DNA from: Chiloscyllium plagiosum | Taxonomy: Eukaryota | Length of the DNA: 64,000 bases | Assembly (NCBI RefSeq): GCF_004010195.1 | Contig: NC_057756.1 | Location: forward strand, 1,825,703-1,889,702 | Direction of reading: 5' to 3' | Shown here: one piece after another, positions 1 to 12,939 of the stretch | Position numbering within the stretch: position 1 is the first letter of the stretch | Layout of the letters: every line of letters begins with the position of its first letter | Notes under the pieces: model-generated | Databases searched by the model: none | What the model was told of the DNA's origin: nothing | Seen by the model: the letters and a program-made list of their open reading frames with translations, nothing else | Translations under genes and position numbers: made by a program

Positions 1-580
1 CACGACATCGGTGAGACCACAGTTGGAATATTGGGTTCAGATTTTGTCACCTTGCTACAGGAAGGATGTTAGTAAACTGGAATGAGTGCAGAAGACATTT
101 ACACGGATGTAACAAGGACGCAATGGACTGAGTTATTGGGTGATTTTGGAGAAACGGGAGCTTATTTTTCTTTAGAGTGCATGAGACTGAGGGAGATCTT
201 ATACAAGGACAAATCGTCATAAGAGACATGGACAGGGCGAATGCACTCATGCCTTTTCCTATGGTTGGGGAGTCGACGCCGAGATAGCATCAATTTAATT
301 TTAGAGGGGAAAAAGTAAATTGAACTTGAGGGTCAAACTTTTTTACAGGAAGGGTTGTATGCATTGACAATGACCTGCTTGCAGAAGTTGCTGAGTAGAG
401 TACATTGAGAGAATTTCAAAAGCATTTGGACAAATACATGGATATGAATTGTTCAGAAGTAAATGGGCCAAGTGTAAGGAAGTCGGGTTAGCGTTGATGG
501 ATGTTTTGGTTTTTGTGGGCCAGTTTGAATAAAAGAACATGCCTCGATGCTGTCCGTTTCTACCACTCAATGCCTCTTAT
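1..580 (+). mobile_element. CR1 LINE 3' fragment, degenerate
   Basis: Remnant of the VRPxLEYxVQxWSP motif and a CR1-type 3' end; similar to the 2051-2800 copy. Confidence 0.85.
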
Positions 581-2050
581 GACGTGTACGCATACAACAT
601 AAAATATAAAATCCATACATTGTCTTTGCATAAGCTTAATTGTTACAGGTTACTTCATTCCTTGTTGTCTACCACATGTATTAGGATTTCTATCCACTAA
701 GTTCTAAGTTCACTGAGCTCGGACAATTAGACAAGTTAACGAAGTAAGGCAAACATAATGAAGTTTATCGTTTGTAAGACTCACTTAATTCTCGAATTTT
801 CTCTTGCAAGGTTTCTATTGCTGGAATGTGAAGTAACATCATTCAGACTCATTGATAGAATCATCGGGTATAAGTAAGCATCCAAATTGAAAGAAAAATT
901 TAATTTCACCACGAAAAGTTTTGATTAGTTGTAATGATGCATCTACGAATCAATATTGTTGAAACTGAATGGAGTATATCCCAGTGTAAGCGGCAACCAA
1001 ATTTAGTTTTAGTTGAATTTAATTAGGATGTTGCCAAGAATGCACAAAAGTAGAAAGTACGCTTCACTAACCTTCCCTTAATTTCTGTAAATTACTGAAT
1101 CTAGTCCACCTTCCTAGTCTGCTCCTCATGAATGCTGATTTATGAAATTTCCAACAATCTGTCTTGTTCTGCATAATTAAATTCAATCATTGACTATACA
1201 CAACGTCCAGCTGTGTGCTACTCAAAGTGTGTAATTTTTACATCAATTGCAATCATAACATCCGACCCAAATGTGAACAATACCTCTTCATGTCTTGTAG
1301 TCTGTTGTTATGAGATTTACCTTTTACCGTTTACATTGGTAATTCCCTTGCAGATTTCGATAGAGCACACTGTGACAAAATAATTTCGTCTAAATTTCAA
1401 AAATGTATACAGCAGGTTTATAATCAGCTCACTACTGGATCAAGTTTATGTTAACTGAGTTAAACTGGTGTTCAATTGTTGTACCATCTTCAGTACAATC
1501 CGATTCTCCCACTTTTATACATACTAAAAATTGTAAAAATAATCCCAGTCTTATACATCCTATAATTGGTCTCCCGCATCTAATAACCACTCTGCAACTT
1601 TGTGCATATTGCTTCTCATCCACATTTTATTAATCTGCAAAGCAGCACAAAAAATGCATATTGATATCTCTTTTCTACCGTCACTTGTAAACATTAGCTT
1701 CTAACTAAACGAGTGAAGTACATTAATTGTCAAGATTTTTGCACAGCATCTATACTATTTAATGAATAAATATATAACAGTTTCTTCTGACGGTGTCTTT
1801 TGTGGCGTTGAATCTACAGAAGCACGCCATAGCTAAGTTTGTGACCATGTCTAGTTTGAAATGTATTTCTGAAGGAGAAAACATCAAAACACGTAACTGC
1901 TCCTCTGTGAGTTCATACGAAAACAAATTTGACATCTTATTTCCACACAGCTATATTTCTTTCGATATACACGTATAAATCAAACTTGTCAGAGAAATTG
2001 CAACTGTTAGGAAGAGTACGTCCAACACTTCTCATGTGCAGCATGGAATC

Positions 2051-2800
2051 AATTTATGTAAAGGGGCAGTACAGAGAGATCTGGGTGTCTTGTACACCAG
2101 TCAATGAAGGCAAGCATGCAGGTACAGCAGGTAGTGAAGAAGGCTAATAGCATGCTGGCCTTCATAACAAGAGGAATTGAGTATAGAAGCAAAGAGGTGC
2201 TTCTGCAGCTGTACAGAGCCCTGGTGAGACCACACCTGGAGTACTGCGTGCAGTTCTGGTCTCCAAATTTGAGGAAAGACATTCTGGCTATTGAGGAAGT
2301 GCAGCGTAGGTTCACGAGGTCAATTCCTGAAATGGCAGGATTACCTTACACTGAAAGACTGAAGCGACTGAGCTTGTATATCCTTGAGTTTAGAAGACTG
2401 AGAGGGGATCTGACTGAGCCATATAAGATTATTAAAGGATTGGACACGCTGGAGGCAGGAAACATGTTTCCGCTGATGGGTGAGTGCCAAACCAGAGGAC
2501 ACAGCTTAAAAATACAGGGTAGACCATTTAGGACAGAGATGAGGAGAAACCTCTTCACCCAGAGAGTGGTGGCTGTGTGGAATGCTCTGCCCCAGAGGGC
2601 AGTGGAGGCCCACTCTCTGGATTCATTTAAGAAGGAGTTGGATAGAGCTCTCAAAGATAGTGGAATCAAGGGTTATGGAGATAAGGCAGGAACAGGATAC
2701 TGATTCGGAATGATCAGCCATGATTATACTGAATGGCGGTGCAGGCTCGAAGGGCTGAATGGCCTACTCCTGCACCTATTGTCTATTGTCTATTGTCTAT
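2051..2800 (+). mobile_element. Young 5'-truncated CR1 LINE; uninterrupted C-terminal part of ORF2 at 2104-2703
   Basis: LYRALVRPHLEYCVQFWSP and TRGHSLK motifs; (CTATTGT)n tail at the 3' end. Confidence 0.95.
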
Positions 2801-3544
2801 TATCTACACAAACGTCTGACAGAAAATCTAATGTCTAGAATGGAAATTAATCAAATATACCAAAAATGTTGTTCATTGCTGCACAATGCAGATAATAGTG
2901 TTTGTTTCTAATTGTTGTCATTGTCCAATAGCAATTATATCCTAACAGTAGCTATCAAATGAAAGTAAGTGGTTATACATCGACTGAAATGTGGACAGTT
3001 AGGTAACATTCTTTGAGAATTGCAATTTTATGATTTTCAGTTTCTCCAATTTTTCACTAAGTCATGAGCTTTAGCTGCATGCCTTCAGAGACAAAATGAG
3101 GTAAAAATATATTTTATGTTTCAACTTCAGAGTGAAAACTAATGATTGAAATAAAATAATATATTGTACCTGCATTTTTGTCATCCAAATTATTTTCTGT
3201 GTAATTGCAAAACGAGCAGCTTTTATTGACCTGAGTAATTGCATGGTAAGAGAATTCATGAACATTGCAAATAAATATGTTTTTAAACGTGCAATGTATA
3301 TTATAACTCTCTGATTCACTGTTTTGGTGTCATTGAGTTGGGAATCCTGGGTAACAAACTAAAGACATGGTTAATTTAGAAGCAAGCCACCTATGTGACA
3401 GATTTAAACCAATCATGTCCTACGTTATACAGCATCCCAACACATCCACCCCGACACTCAACAATCAGCGGAGTCCGACATTGGGAGCCTCTCGTTCTGA
3501 ACAAACAACATTCAGAAAGCTCATACCAAATTATTTTCATTATC

Positions 3545-3765
3545 GAGCTGAAAATGTGTTGCTGGAAAAGCGCAGCAGGTCAGGCAGCATCCAAGAACAG
3601 GAGAATCGAGGTTTCGGGCATAAGCCCTTCGATCATTCCTGAAGAAGGGCTTATGCCCGAAACGTCGATTCTCCTGCTCCTTGGATGGTGCCTGACCTGC
3701 TGCGCTTTTCCAGCAACACATTTTCAGCTCTGATCTCCAGCATCTGCAGTCCTCACTTTCTCTCA
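3545..3765 (+). mobile_element. Penelope pseudo-LTR-derived insertion with an inverted 5' copy (palindrome) and a target-site duplication
   Basis: Inverted arms 3545-3630 and 3644-3730; flanked by TATTTTCATTATCGA at 3532-3546 and 3768-3782; 3' end matches the 48030-48164 Penelope terminus. Confidence 0.85.
3635..3670 (+). ncRNA. Minimal hammerhead ribozyme motif
   Basis: CTGAAGA-a-GGGC(ttat)GCCC-GAAA-CGTC; short, imperfect stem I. Confidence 0.6.
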
Positions 3766-4499
3766 AATATTTTCATTATCGACACAGTTAAAGTCTCACA
3801 GAGCATAAAATCGCTGTTGTGTGACGGAAAAGTACTGCCAGCGGAGTTTACATTGAATCTTTTTTTTCGTTCTTCAGCATCTCTTAATTCTCTTAAACCA
3901 ATAGATTTTTTTTAAAACTGTGTTTTGCTGGGTTTTCTTGCAATATTCTAATTGGAAAGATTTTGTTTAGTACTCTTTCTTCAGAGAAACGCATTGAAAA
4001 AAAAAACCTCTTTCACAGTCAAAACCAGATTCTCATAATAATGAAGCAAATTGATTGGAAAACCGTTGGCCCTTGTTTGATGACATATGCCAGTTTCTTC
4101 TTCATTCCGCTCTACATTTCTCAGTAACGATTGCAATAGACAGACATATCATTGATCTTTCGAAATGATACAGTTTAAACATGTCATGATAGGCTATTTC
4201 AACTCCGATTTCGCAAAGCACAAAGCATTGCTGATGTACATTATGACAAAATTCCTTCATTGGCATCTGTGGAACGTCGGTGATAATACTTACACGGTCA
4301 AAGAGAAGTTAAAGTTCATGATCCACTCATATACGTATTCACATCAAACCTAATATCAACGCTGTTTTACTGGTAAAAGCACAGTAACTTTCTGGGGCAA
4401 AGAAAAAGCGCAGATAGAAATGATGCAATATTTTTGTTGTGAATGTGAGGGCGTGTACTGGAATTTAATAATTGTATAAGTCAAATTGATGTCCTTACA

Positions 4500-5870
4500 T
4501 GATTTTGCCTACGTATGACTCTCATCACGAACTGATTTAATACACACATGTGCTTGCTTAGTAACTGCCAACTGGACAGTTAGAAATGGCATTAGTGATG
4601 GGAACATTTCAAGAAACCAATACCTGCAACTGAATTACTAATTACGAGAAGAAAATGTTTTGTCTCCACGTGCATTACCAAAGGCTTAAGCATATATGAC
4701 TAACTTGTTTGATTATTTGATAGAGTAACAGAAAGGCTCGATTTTGCTAATTTTGTGAATGTTCTTTACATAGAGGTCTAGAACGTGTGTGATAAAATGG
4801 CATGCCACAGATTTTTGAAGCATTTTGTACCCTTGTGACAAAAACGGCACTTTGAAGGTAGATAGAAAACAGCCTGGATGATGCTAAAAATAAGATTAAT
4901 TACCAATAGATATTTACATGGTTTCAAGATGCTTAAAGTGGAGTTTCATATTTTCAGATATTAAGAGTTGGCTTTATTTTCCTGATATTTACTGACAATG
5001 TTGATTCTGGTATGTAAGAGACATTTTCAAAGATTGCAAATGGAACTATCGTTTGAAGAATTGTAGACTTTGAAAGAAAAAGACATAGAATTATAAAGGG
5101 TTATGCATGAGTTGGGAGATTGGTTGGACAACCGGCAGGTGACTTTCCAAGCAAATAGTCATTGAAGGACAATATCATATTGGCGATATGAGTCAAAATG
5201 GTGTCCAAGATAAGAACAACCTAGCTGTATATGCAAACAGACCGTTGAAGTTGGCACCTCTTTAAGTTAATAAAGTCCACAGCATCATCGACTTTATTAA
5301 CGAGATAATAGAGCACAAGATCAGAAGCATGACGATTAACCTGAGTAAGACACCTGTTAGAATACAACTGTCGTCTTGCATACAGTTCTGGGTGCCGTAT
5401 TGCAGCAATAATATTATCGTGTTGGAGCGAGTGCTTCATGGAATGAAAGATTAATGGCAGTTTTGAGAACTTAAGCTATGATGATTGATTGAAGAGATTG
5501 ACGCTTTATTTTCATAGAAAATAAATTGAAGAAATAAGTGATTGACATTTTCTGAATAATTAGAAGAATGAATCGAATGGATAGTAAAAACTCATTCTGC
5601 TTGTGAAATGAGATGTTAATAATTTAAAGTGGTTTCTAAATAAAACATAGTTGATTTCAGTCAAAATTTCAAACGATAATTTATCTCTTCAGACAGGTGT
5701 TGGATGCAGATTCTATCGATGCATTCAAAATAAAATTGGAGTCTCATTTACAGTAAAACAAAATTGCAAGGATTTTGTGATTAAACAGGAGTTTGCCATT
5801 CGTCACTGATAGTCACTAGAGTAACTAATATCGAAGCAATTGGGCAAATATGCTGTTGCATGGTTGTACT
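4500..5870 (+). mobile_element. Ancient CR1 LINE RT/3' remnant
   Basis: Degenerate CLTNL..F and VRHLLEY..QFW-like motifs and a CR1-like 3' end. Confidence 0.65.
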
Positions 5871-7249
5871 TACGTGACCATGATGCCATTTTCCATGAGC
5901 CAACCATTGCTCCCTTTCTCAAAGTCGCGTTACCAACAATGGGCTTTGAATTCCGGAACAATTTTTAAAAAGATTTACATAGGTATAAAGTTTTCGTTAA
6001 TTCCGTATTATTGTGATAAAGTTACTAGCATAAGCTACTTTATAATTGAGGTTAAACCTGCATAAATCTTCAGTTATTAGTTCCTCAAAGTATCCAGGAC
6101 ACTTGTGTCTGAAACCTAATGCACGTAAACTTCAATGTCATTAATCTCGACTTCTTTCATCTTAATTGCCCCTCACACAGATCGATTATCTTCTGTTGTA
6201 TGCATATCATAAAGAAAAGTTTAGCAAAAGTGGTTTTCTTGGTTAAGGCATGTCATTATTTTCATAGGCTGCTCCGTACATCTCAAATTGGATTTTCCTT
6301 TCACTCTGAGATTAGATATAGTTCTCCCGTGTAATCTTCAAATGATACATTGTTATTATTATAATAACAGATTAGTCGTGTTTATAGTGGTAGTAACAGT
6401 AGTATCATTTCATTTTCACTCGCCCAGATATCCCTTCCAGAAATGTTAGCACCAGATATGTTGCTTGGCAAGGGTTTTTACACACACTTCTGTTGCAGTA
6501 AACCTGTCAATTTCAAACATGTCCTGGTGAGGACCAGTAGTGTAAAACGCGAAGTTTCTCACAGCAAGCTTGAAACAATTTCGAACAATTACAGGAGGGA
6601 ACACTTTTAATAACTTTGAACAAAATATAGCACACCAATACTAGATTTGTAACTCACGAGATTTCCGTAGACGATCTTCACATTCTATTAATCGATATTG
6701 ATAACAATTAAGTTGGCAGAGTAAACAAAAATCGTATTTTGTTTTCAGATAATACGTCTAATTACTGATGTGCTGCCCATCAACGGTCCTTGAAATGACA
6801 TTGAAGAACTTTAGTTCATAATTTCAGCAATTGACTGGTTTTCTTTGAATTGTCTTTGTGTTTTTGTTTTGAACTTCCTTAGTTGCTCATGATCATTTGT
6901 TGCCACGTTGCCTTGAATTTGGAAAGAATTTCGGGATTAATTTTCACTTCAATTGAATACAAATGATCATTTTCTAATGCATGCATTTTTAAAATGCTGC
7001 TGTGTGAGGCAAATTAACTTTTCAAAAGTTTCCTTGACTACCAGAAAACTCGACAAAATGTACTGCCTCGCACATACCCAGGCTTTTATCATTATTGGCC
7101 TTGGTACTCTTAAACTTATTTGTCTCTTATTTTTTGTTGATACTTCGTTAGTCTGAAGCATTGGCTGAATTTGTGTACGAAGATGCTGACAGAATGCGCT
7201 GAGCATACTTCTTTTGTTAGCAACTGTGTTGTACAAGTGTAGACTCCAT

Positions 7250-9860
7250 ACAGTCACAGAATAATAGAGTCTTGCAACACGTAAACAGATTGTTCAGTCA
7301 AATGAATGTATTCCGAGCATAATCCCAAACTCAACTAGCCCCACCTGCCTGCTCATGGCACACATCCCTTTAAAACCTTCCTGTTCGTGGATCTATCCAA
7401 ATGCCTGTAAACGTTATAACGGCACCTGCATCCAATACTTCCTCAGGAATTTTATTACTCACGCGAACTACCATCTTTATGTACCCTGTGCCAGATGGGA
7501 TGCTCTCAACGTTATGAGGGGAAGTGAGGAAACAGATTGCTGTGCCTTTGGCGACGATCTTCATGACTTCTCTGCCCACCTGATAAGTACCAGATGTTTG
7601 GTGGTTGGAAAATGTTATTTCCTTGTACAAGAATGGGAGTAGGGACAATCCTGGGAATTACAGAACAGTCAGTCTTCTGCCAGTGGTCGGCAAATTGTTG
7701 GAAATAATTCTGATAGAAAGGCATTATGACAATTCGGAAAAACATAATTTGACCAGAGATAGTCAGCGTGGCTTTTTGAGGGGTAGTTAATGCCTCACAT
7801 TGTTGAGTTATTTGAGGATGTGGCTAAACGCATTGATGAAGGAAAAACAGTGGACGCAGTGTACATGGTAGACTCAATTCAGATCGTAATGAGTTATGGG
7901 ATACCAGATAATTTGGCTGTCTGGATATAGAATCGGATGGTTCATAGAAGACAGAGGGTCATAGCTCATGGACAGCACTTAGCCTGAAGTTTGGCGTTCC
8001 ACAGGGATATATTCTGGGATGCCTGCTCTTTGTGATTTTTATAAATGAATTGAATGAGGAAGTGGACGGGTGGGTTAGTAAGTAACACGAAAGTTGTTGA
8101 AGTTGTGGATAGCGTGACTGCTTTAGGTTGCAACCCGTCATTGAGAACGTGAGAAGTGGCAAATTGAGTTCAATCTGGATAACTCTCAACTGATTCAGTT
8201 TGGAAGGTCGCATTTGAATGCAGATTACAGGTATAATGCAGGATTCTTGTCTGTGTGGAGGACAGAGGATTCTTTGGTTCAATGTCCATAATTCAATCAA
8301 AGTTGTCTCCCAAGTTGATAGATTTGTTCAGAAGACGTTTGTTGCGTTTTTTTTTCATTAGCACGGGATTGAGTTTCAGAGCCACGAGGTTATGCTGCAG
8401 CTGTATAAGAACCTGGTTAGAGATACTTGGAATATTGTGATCAATCTGGTCGCATCATTATTGGAATGACGTGGAAGCTTTATGGAATGTACAAAGGAGA
8501 TTTACCAGGATGGAACCTTCGACTGGAGGTTTTCTCTTATGAAGTAATGTCGAGGGAGCTAGGGCTTTTTCTCATTGGAACGAAAAAGATGAGAAGCGAT
8601 TGATAGAAGTGGACAAGATGCTGAGATAAATAAGTAGAGTGGATAGCTGGAGACGTTTTCCTCGGGCGAAAATAGCTGTCATGAGGTAGCATAATTTTCA
8701 GGTGATTGGAGGAAGGGCTCAGGGATCGATTCTTTACTCAAAGAGTGGGAGGTGCGTGGAATGGACTGCCAGAAGTGGTAGTAGTCCCAGTTACATTAGG
8801 ATACTTAAGCGACTCTTGAACAGTTGAATGGATGGTATTAAAAAGTCGGCTATGCATGTTAGTTTGATTTTAGAGTAGGTAAAATGTTGGCACAACATCA
8901 AGGGCCGAAGGGCCTATGCTGTGCTGTACTGTTCTGTATTCTATGACTTTTTGAAATCTCTCTCCTCTGTGCCCTGTAGTATCGAAATCCCCGATTCTGG
9001 GAAAAAGCCATTTACCTTTACCATTACCTATACCTCTCATTATTTTATAAAGTATCATCAGATCGCCTGTCAACTTCCCACGCTCCTGTGGAAAAGGTTG
9101 CAGCCTATTCAGCCATTCTTTACAAATCAAACTTTCAATGCCCTCCAATGTCCTGGTAAATTTTTCTGAACCGGTTCGAAAATATCTTTCCTTCCTGAAC
9201 AGAACTGAATGTAGTACTCAAAAGTAAGTAAAATAGGCCTCTTGCACAACATCAACATAGCTTCCCAACTCCGACACTGAAAAAAACTGAGCAATGAAGG
9301 CAAGCATACCAAACACGTTTTAACCTTTCTATCAATATGCAACATAAACCTCAACGAATTATGTCTCTCCACCCGTAGGTCGGTCTCGTCTGCAACACTA
9401 CATTAGTCCCTACCATTAACTTTGTAAGGCCTACATTTTTGGTGGTACTAAAGTGCAAAACATTGCATTTATTCAGATTGAGGTCAATCTGCCAAATTCA
9501 GTCCGTTGACCCTTTTGATCAAGATCCCTTTGTCCTCTTAAAAAACCTTCTTCAGTGTCTATGATGAAACCAATTTTGGTGTCGACCGCAATTTAACTAA
9601 CTATGCCTTCTATATTCACATCCAAATAATTAATGCAAATGACAAACAAAAGAGGATTCAGAACTGAACCCTGTGGAACATCGATGTCCATACGTCATCA
9701 ATTCGAGCAGAAATGGTCCACAATTACTTTCTGCCCCGCCGTTAAACCAATTATGTTTGCAGTTGTCAAGCTCAACATGAATCCCAAATGACCAAACTTT
9801 GTTAACTAGTCTACCAAACGGAAATTTGTCAAAGGCTGTACTAGAATCCCAGCAAATAAA
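7250..9860. mobile_element. Cluster of CR1 LINE fragments (- ~7250-7480, + ~7480-8950, - ~8950-9860)
   Basis: PGNYRTVSLLPVVGKLLE and GVPQG-like motifs; CR1 3' UTRs in both orientations. Confidence 0.85.
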
Positions 9861-10476
9861 GCGTGTATTTGGTTTCCTGCCTCAGTATTTGATCCATTTT
9901 CTAAATTGAATTTATCATAATCAGATCAAATAATACAAAAATAAAGAAAAGCAGTTAGAGTAGACATGCATTGATGGACGGGATAGTTTGTCTAATTTTC
10001 TGCATGAAGAAATGAATAATATATGTAAGAAACTTTGTGATGTAGAGCTAAGTATATGCTAACTATTCCAAGAAAGCGAAGTGCATTAATAAAAAGCTTA
10101 TTTACTAGAACTTGCATTACTACAATGTAAAAGAAGGAATACAGTGATTTCAGGATTCACCTTGGTCTTTATTATTCAATTGACGTTCTAAAAATAAAAT
10201 GACAGGCAATGACAGGGACACAAATTTATTATCATTCACTGCTAATTTTATGTAAAATGCCTGTTAGTTATATTCTTAAAGATATAAGTAATAAATCAGT
10301 TTGATCATGAAATTTTAGTATATTATTCGATGGTTTTATTATTCCCTAAATTATCAATGCACAAATAGATTATTGCCATCTGATCCCACAAACTATTGTG
10401 GCATCAACATTCCAATCAATCATTATAGTTTCTCAAGATAGTTGTGGGTGATTTTGCACTTTTTAAATTACAAATT

Positions 10477-10630
10477 AGATGAGATTAGATTACCTACAGT
10501 GTGGAAAGAGGCCCTTCGGCCCAACAAGTCCATACCGACACGCAACCCGCCCAGACCCATTCCCCTACATTTACTCCTTCGCCTAACACTACGGGCAATT
10601 TACCGTGGCCAACTCACCTAAACTGCACAT
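10477..10630 (-). mobile_element. Partial HE1-type SINE (3' half)
   Basis: (AGATT)n tail and sequence shared with the 36677-36995 copy. Confidence 0.85.
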
Positions 10631-12939
10631 TTGTTTTTGATGCCCTTTGCTCAGTGATGATATTTTTTCAAAAGTTACTTTGGAAAATGACCCAACTCTG
10701 AAGCAAGTCTTTGCTTTAGAGAGGAATATGTTAATTAGCTGGGTCTCTGCCAGCAAACTGGATTTCATCATCTTAAATACTTGCCAAAGGATTTTCTCGT
10801 TTCCCAATCAAAACAGAAAAAGAGAGCACAAAATAACATGCCGACGTCTTGTCAATTACTTTTGGCTGATATCCCTTAAAGCAATTCATTTTTTTTTCAC
10901 TGCGAGAATTTTATGAAGAAATGACAAGATGTCAACGTAGGTTGGTAACTGTGGCCAATTATGATTCATTGAAAGTAGACAGAAACAAGTCAATTAGGAA
11001 GAATGTTCCTCGTAAAATTCTGATAGTTTTTTAAAATTGCAATTTGTATTCCCTAATCTGCGGTGTGCTGCATCTGCTTTCAAAGCCAATACTTACTCTC
11101 TCTGCATAGGCACTAGTTTGAAGCTGAAAGCGGTTCATAAATATTAATCTCTGCAATTTGTGTGGTAAGTGCATCACCAATGCACCCTTGTTTCTGTTTG
11201 TTGTTGCGAAAACCGGTGATATACTTAACGAAATTGGCTTTTTAAAATCAGGATGAAGCATGCCCAGACAAACAAAAATTAAGTGATGGAATTCAGACAT
11301 GTCGATGGAAATGATTCCTCTCAGTGTCGACTTGGTTAGCAAATGCTGCATTTGTTGCTCAGATACAATTAACCTCGTCCACAATTCAGACTTCCCTAGC
11401 TTTTGTGACAAAAAAATGAAAGCTAATACAATGAATGCCGTGATTGTACCAGATTGGAGGAATATTCTACATGCATTGGATTTCTAAATGTGACAAGTGA
11501 TTTACGTAATTGCAAATTTGCCACGTCCTGTGCAATGTGATATGTATTTATCCAAATCAAACTCTTTGCTCATCTGTTCATAGGATCTGTATTATTACAA
11601 CGAAAAATGCGTCTTATTAATTCGAACAAACTGCCATTTGTTGTATGTGAATGCCACAAATGACAAGCAATTAATACCATTTTGCATAAAACCCAATGCT
11701 GTCTTCCATTCGAAAAGAATGTTAAAAATGTTAATGGCTTGTCGCAATGATAAAACATAAATTTTATGATGCAATTGACTCTTTTTAAAAGGTGACGTCA
11801 ATTCTTGCATTATCCATGCTCAGCATGAAACCCGAAGTGCCTTCAGAAGAATTTGAAACCTGCGTGACAAACTCATTAAAACTCCGAAGTTATTTTCGCT
11901 TTCCACTTTTTCTAATCATCTTGCATCAAACAAACTCCTGTGCAAGATAGGTAAAGCAGTTTGTATTCCTTACTTTATTTTATTACTTACTAAGTTGAAA
12001 TTTTGACAAGGAGGCAACATTTTTCTTTGTATCCCAAAGTTGTTTCCTTACATTGAAACAGCTTTGAAGATTGACATGCGGCAACAGAAGGAGCGGATTT
12101 GGAAAGATTTGCAGATTAATTACTAACAAACTAGAAATATATATTTTAAAGTTATAACAGAACTGTCAAAACAGATGGCTGAGCTGTTATCGTGTCCACA
12201 TTTACAAACGCATCCATACAGAATCTTAGAAATCCTAGTGAAGAAAAATATACCGTAAGTGAAGGAAAAAAGAAGAACGCATTTCTGGAGTTGATTGTTT
12301 TGGCCATAACTTTCAGCAATGCAGTCAAACAGAAAACGGAAATAACATTAATGGGAAAAGAACATGAAAAGAAGATGTGATGGAGAGCAATGACAAACAT
12401 TACCTAGAACAGTGCAAATCGGATTTTTTTTAAAAAAAGCTTTAATTTACCACCTTACATTATGTTTTTTGACGTTACATGTGTGGTTTCTGAAAGCAGC
12501 ATATGAATTTTGTGTCCTGATTGGAAAGGTGATATTATAACAAAATGCATCCCAAAGGATGCACAATGAAGGCTATAATCATCAGTACCTTACATGTGGG
12601 AAATCGAGAATCATCATAAAACTGCTAAAATATTTGAAGCAATGCAAGTCATACGAAAGCCTTTCTTCGCTGAGGATTACTTCAACAGTAACCAGCGGGA
12701 AAGTTGTTAATTTTGCATACACATAGGGATAAAACCGTAAAAATGTAAACGAGTGCTCTTGATCAGCCCAAAGTCCCCACAAAACTTAGTAAGAAGATAC
12801 ATGAAATCCCCATCTTTTTTTCCTAATTTTTAAAGGCATTTATATGTTGTTAGGTTTTGGAAGCAATTCGATTTGCCAAACTGCCAGGCCTGAATCAAAG
12901 CACACTTTATTTCTGCACTGTAATTAAATACAGACAAAC

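Larger units (their letters stand above)
750..6768 (+). pseudogene. Highly decayed immunoglobulin heavy-chain constant region (IgW-like): about 8 C1-domain exon relics plus a secretory tailpiece
   Basis: Repeated ~300-bp units carry C1-set motifs, read across frameshifts and stops: EVYRL/LECEV/ETEW (760-987); SCLVV...RFIISSLL...VFNC (1201-1479, Cys spacing 62); FVTMSSLK (~1837); LYPNS/NFSLS (2935-3075); W..KQAT-C/FSLSTQLK (3367-3800); YIMTKFL..WNVGDNTYT (4237-4296); FS-VISFLKVS (~6068); CLA-GFY..VTHE (6462-6660); tail VNKNRILFSDNTSNY* (6721-6768). Confidence 0.5.

Noticed and set aside
6420..6503. Open minus-strand exon-like stretch VYCNRSVCKNPCQATYLVLTFLEGISG after an AG
   Set aside because: No recognisable protein or partner exons and no canonical donor; better explained as the antisense of the Ig-like relic
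10647..10916. ORF with faint V-domain-like fragments (SKVTL, C..TGF)
   Set aside because: Lacks the W..Q and YYC hallmarks; indistinguishable from chance
11380..11416. RSS-like CACAATT-21 bp-ACAAAAAAA
   Set aside because: Imperfect heptamer and nonamer, non-canonical spacer, and no convincing V segment upstream
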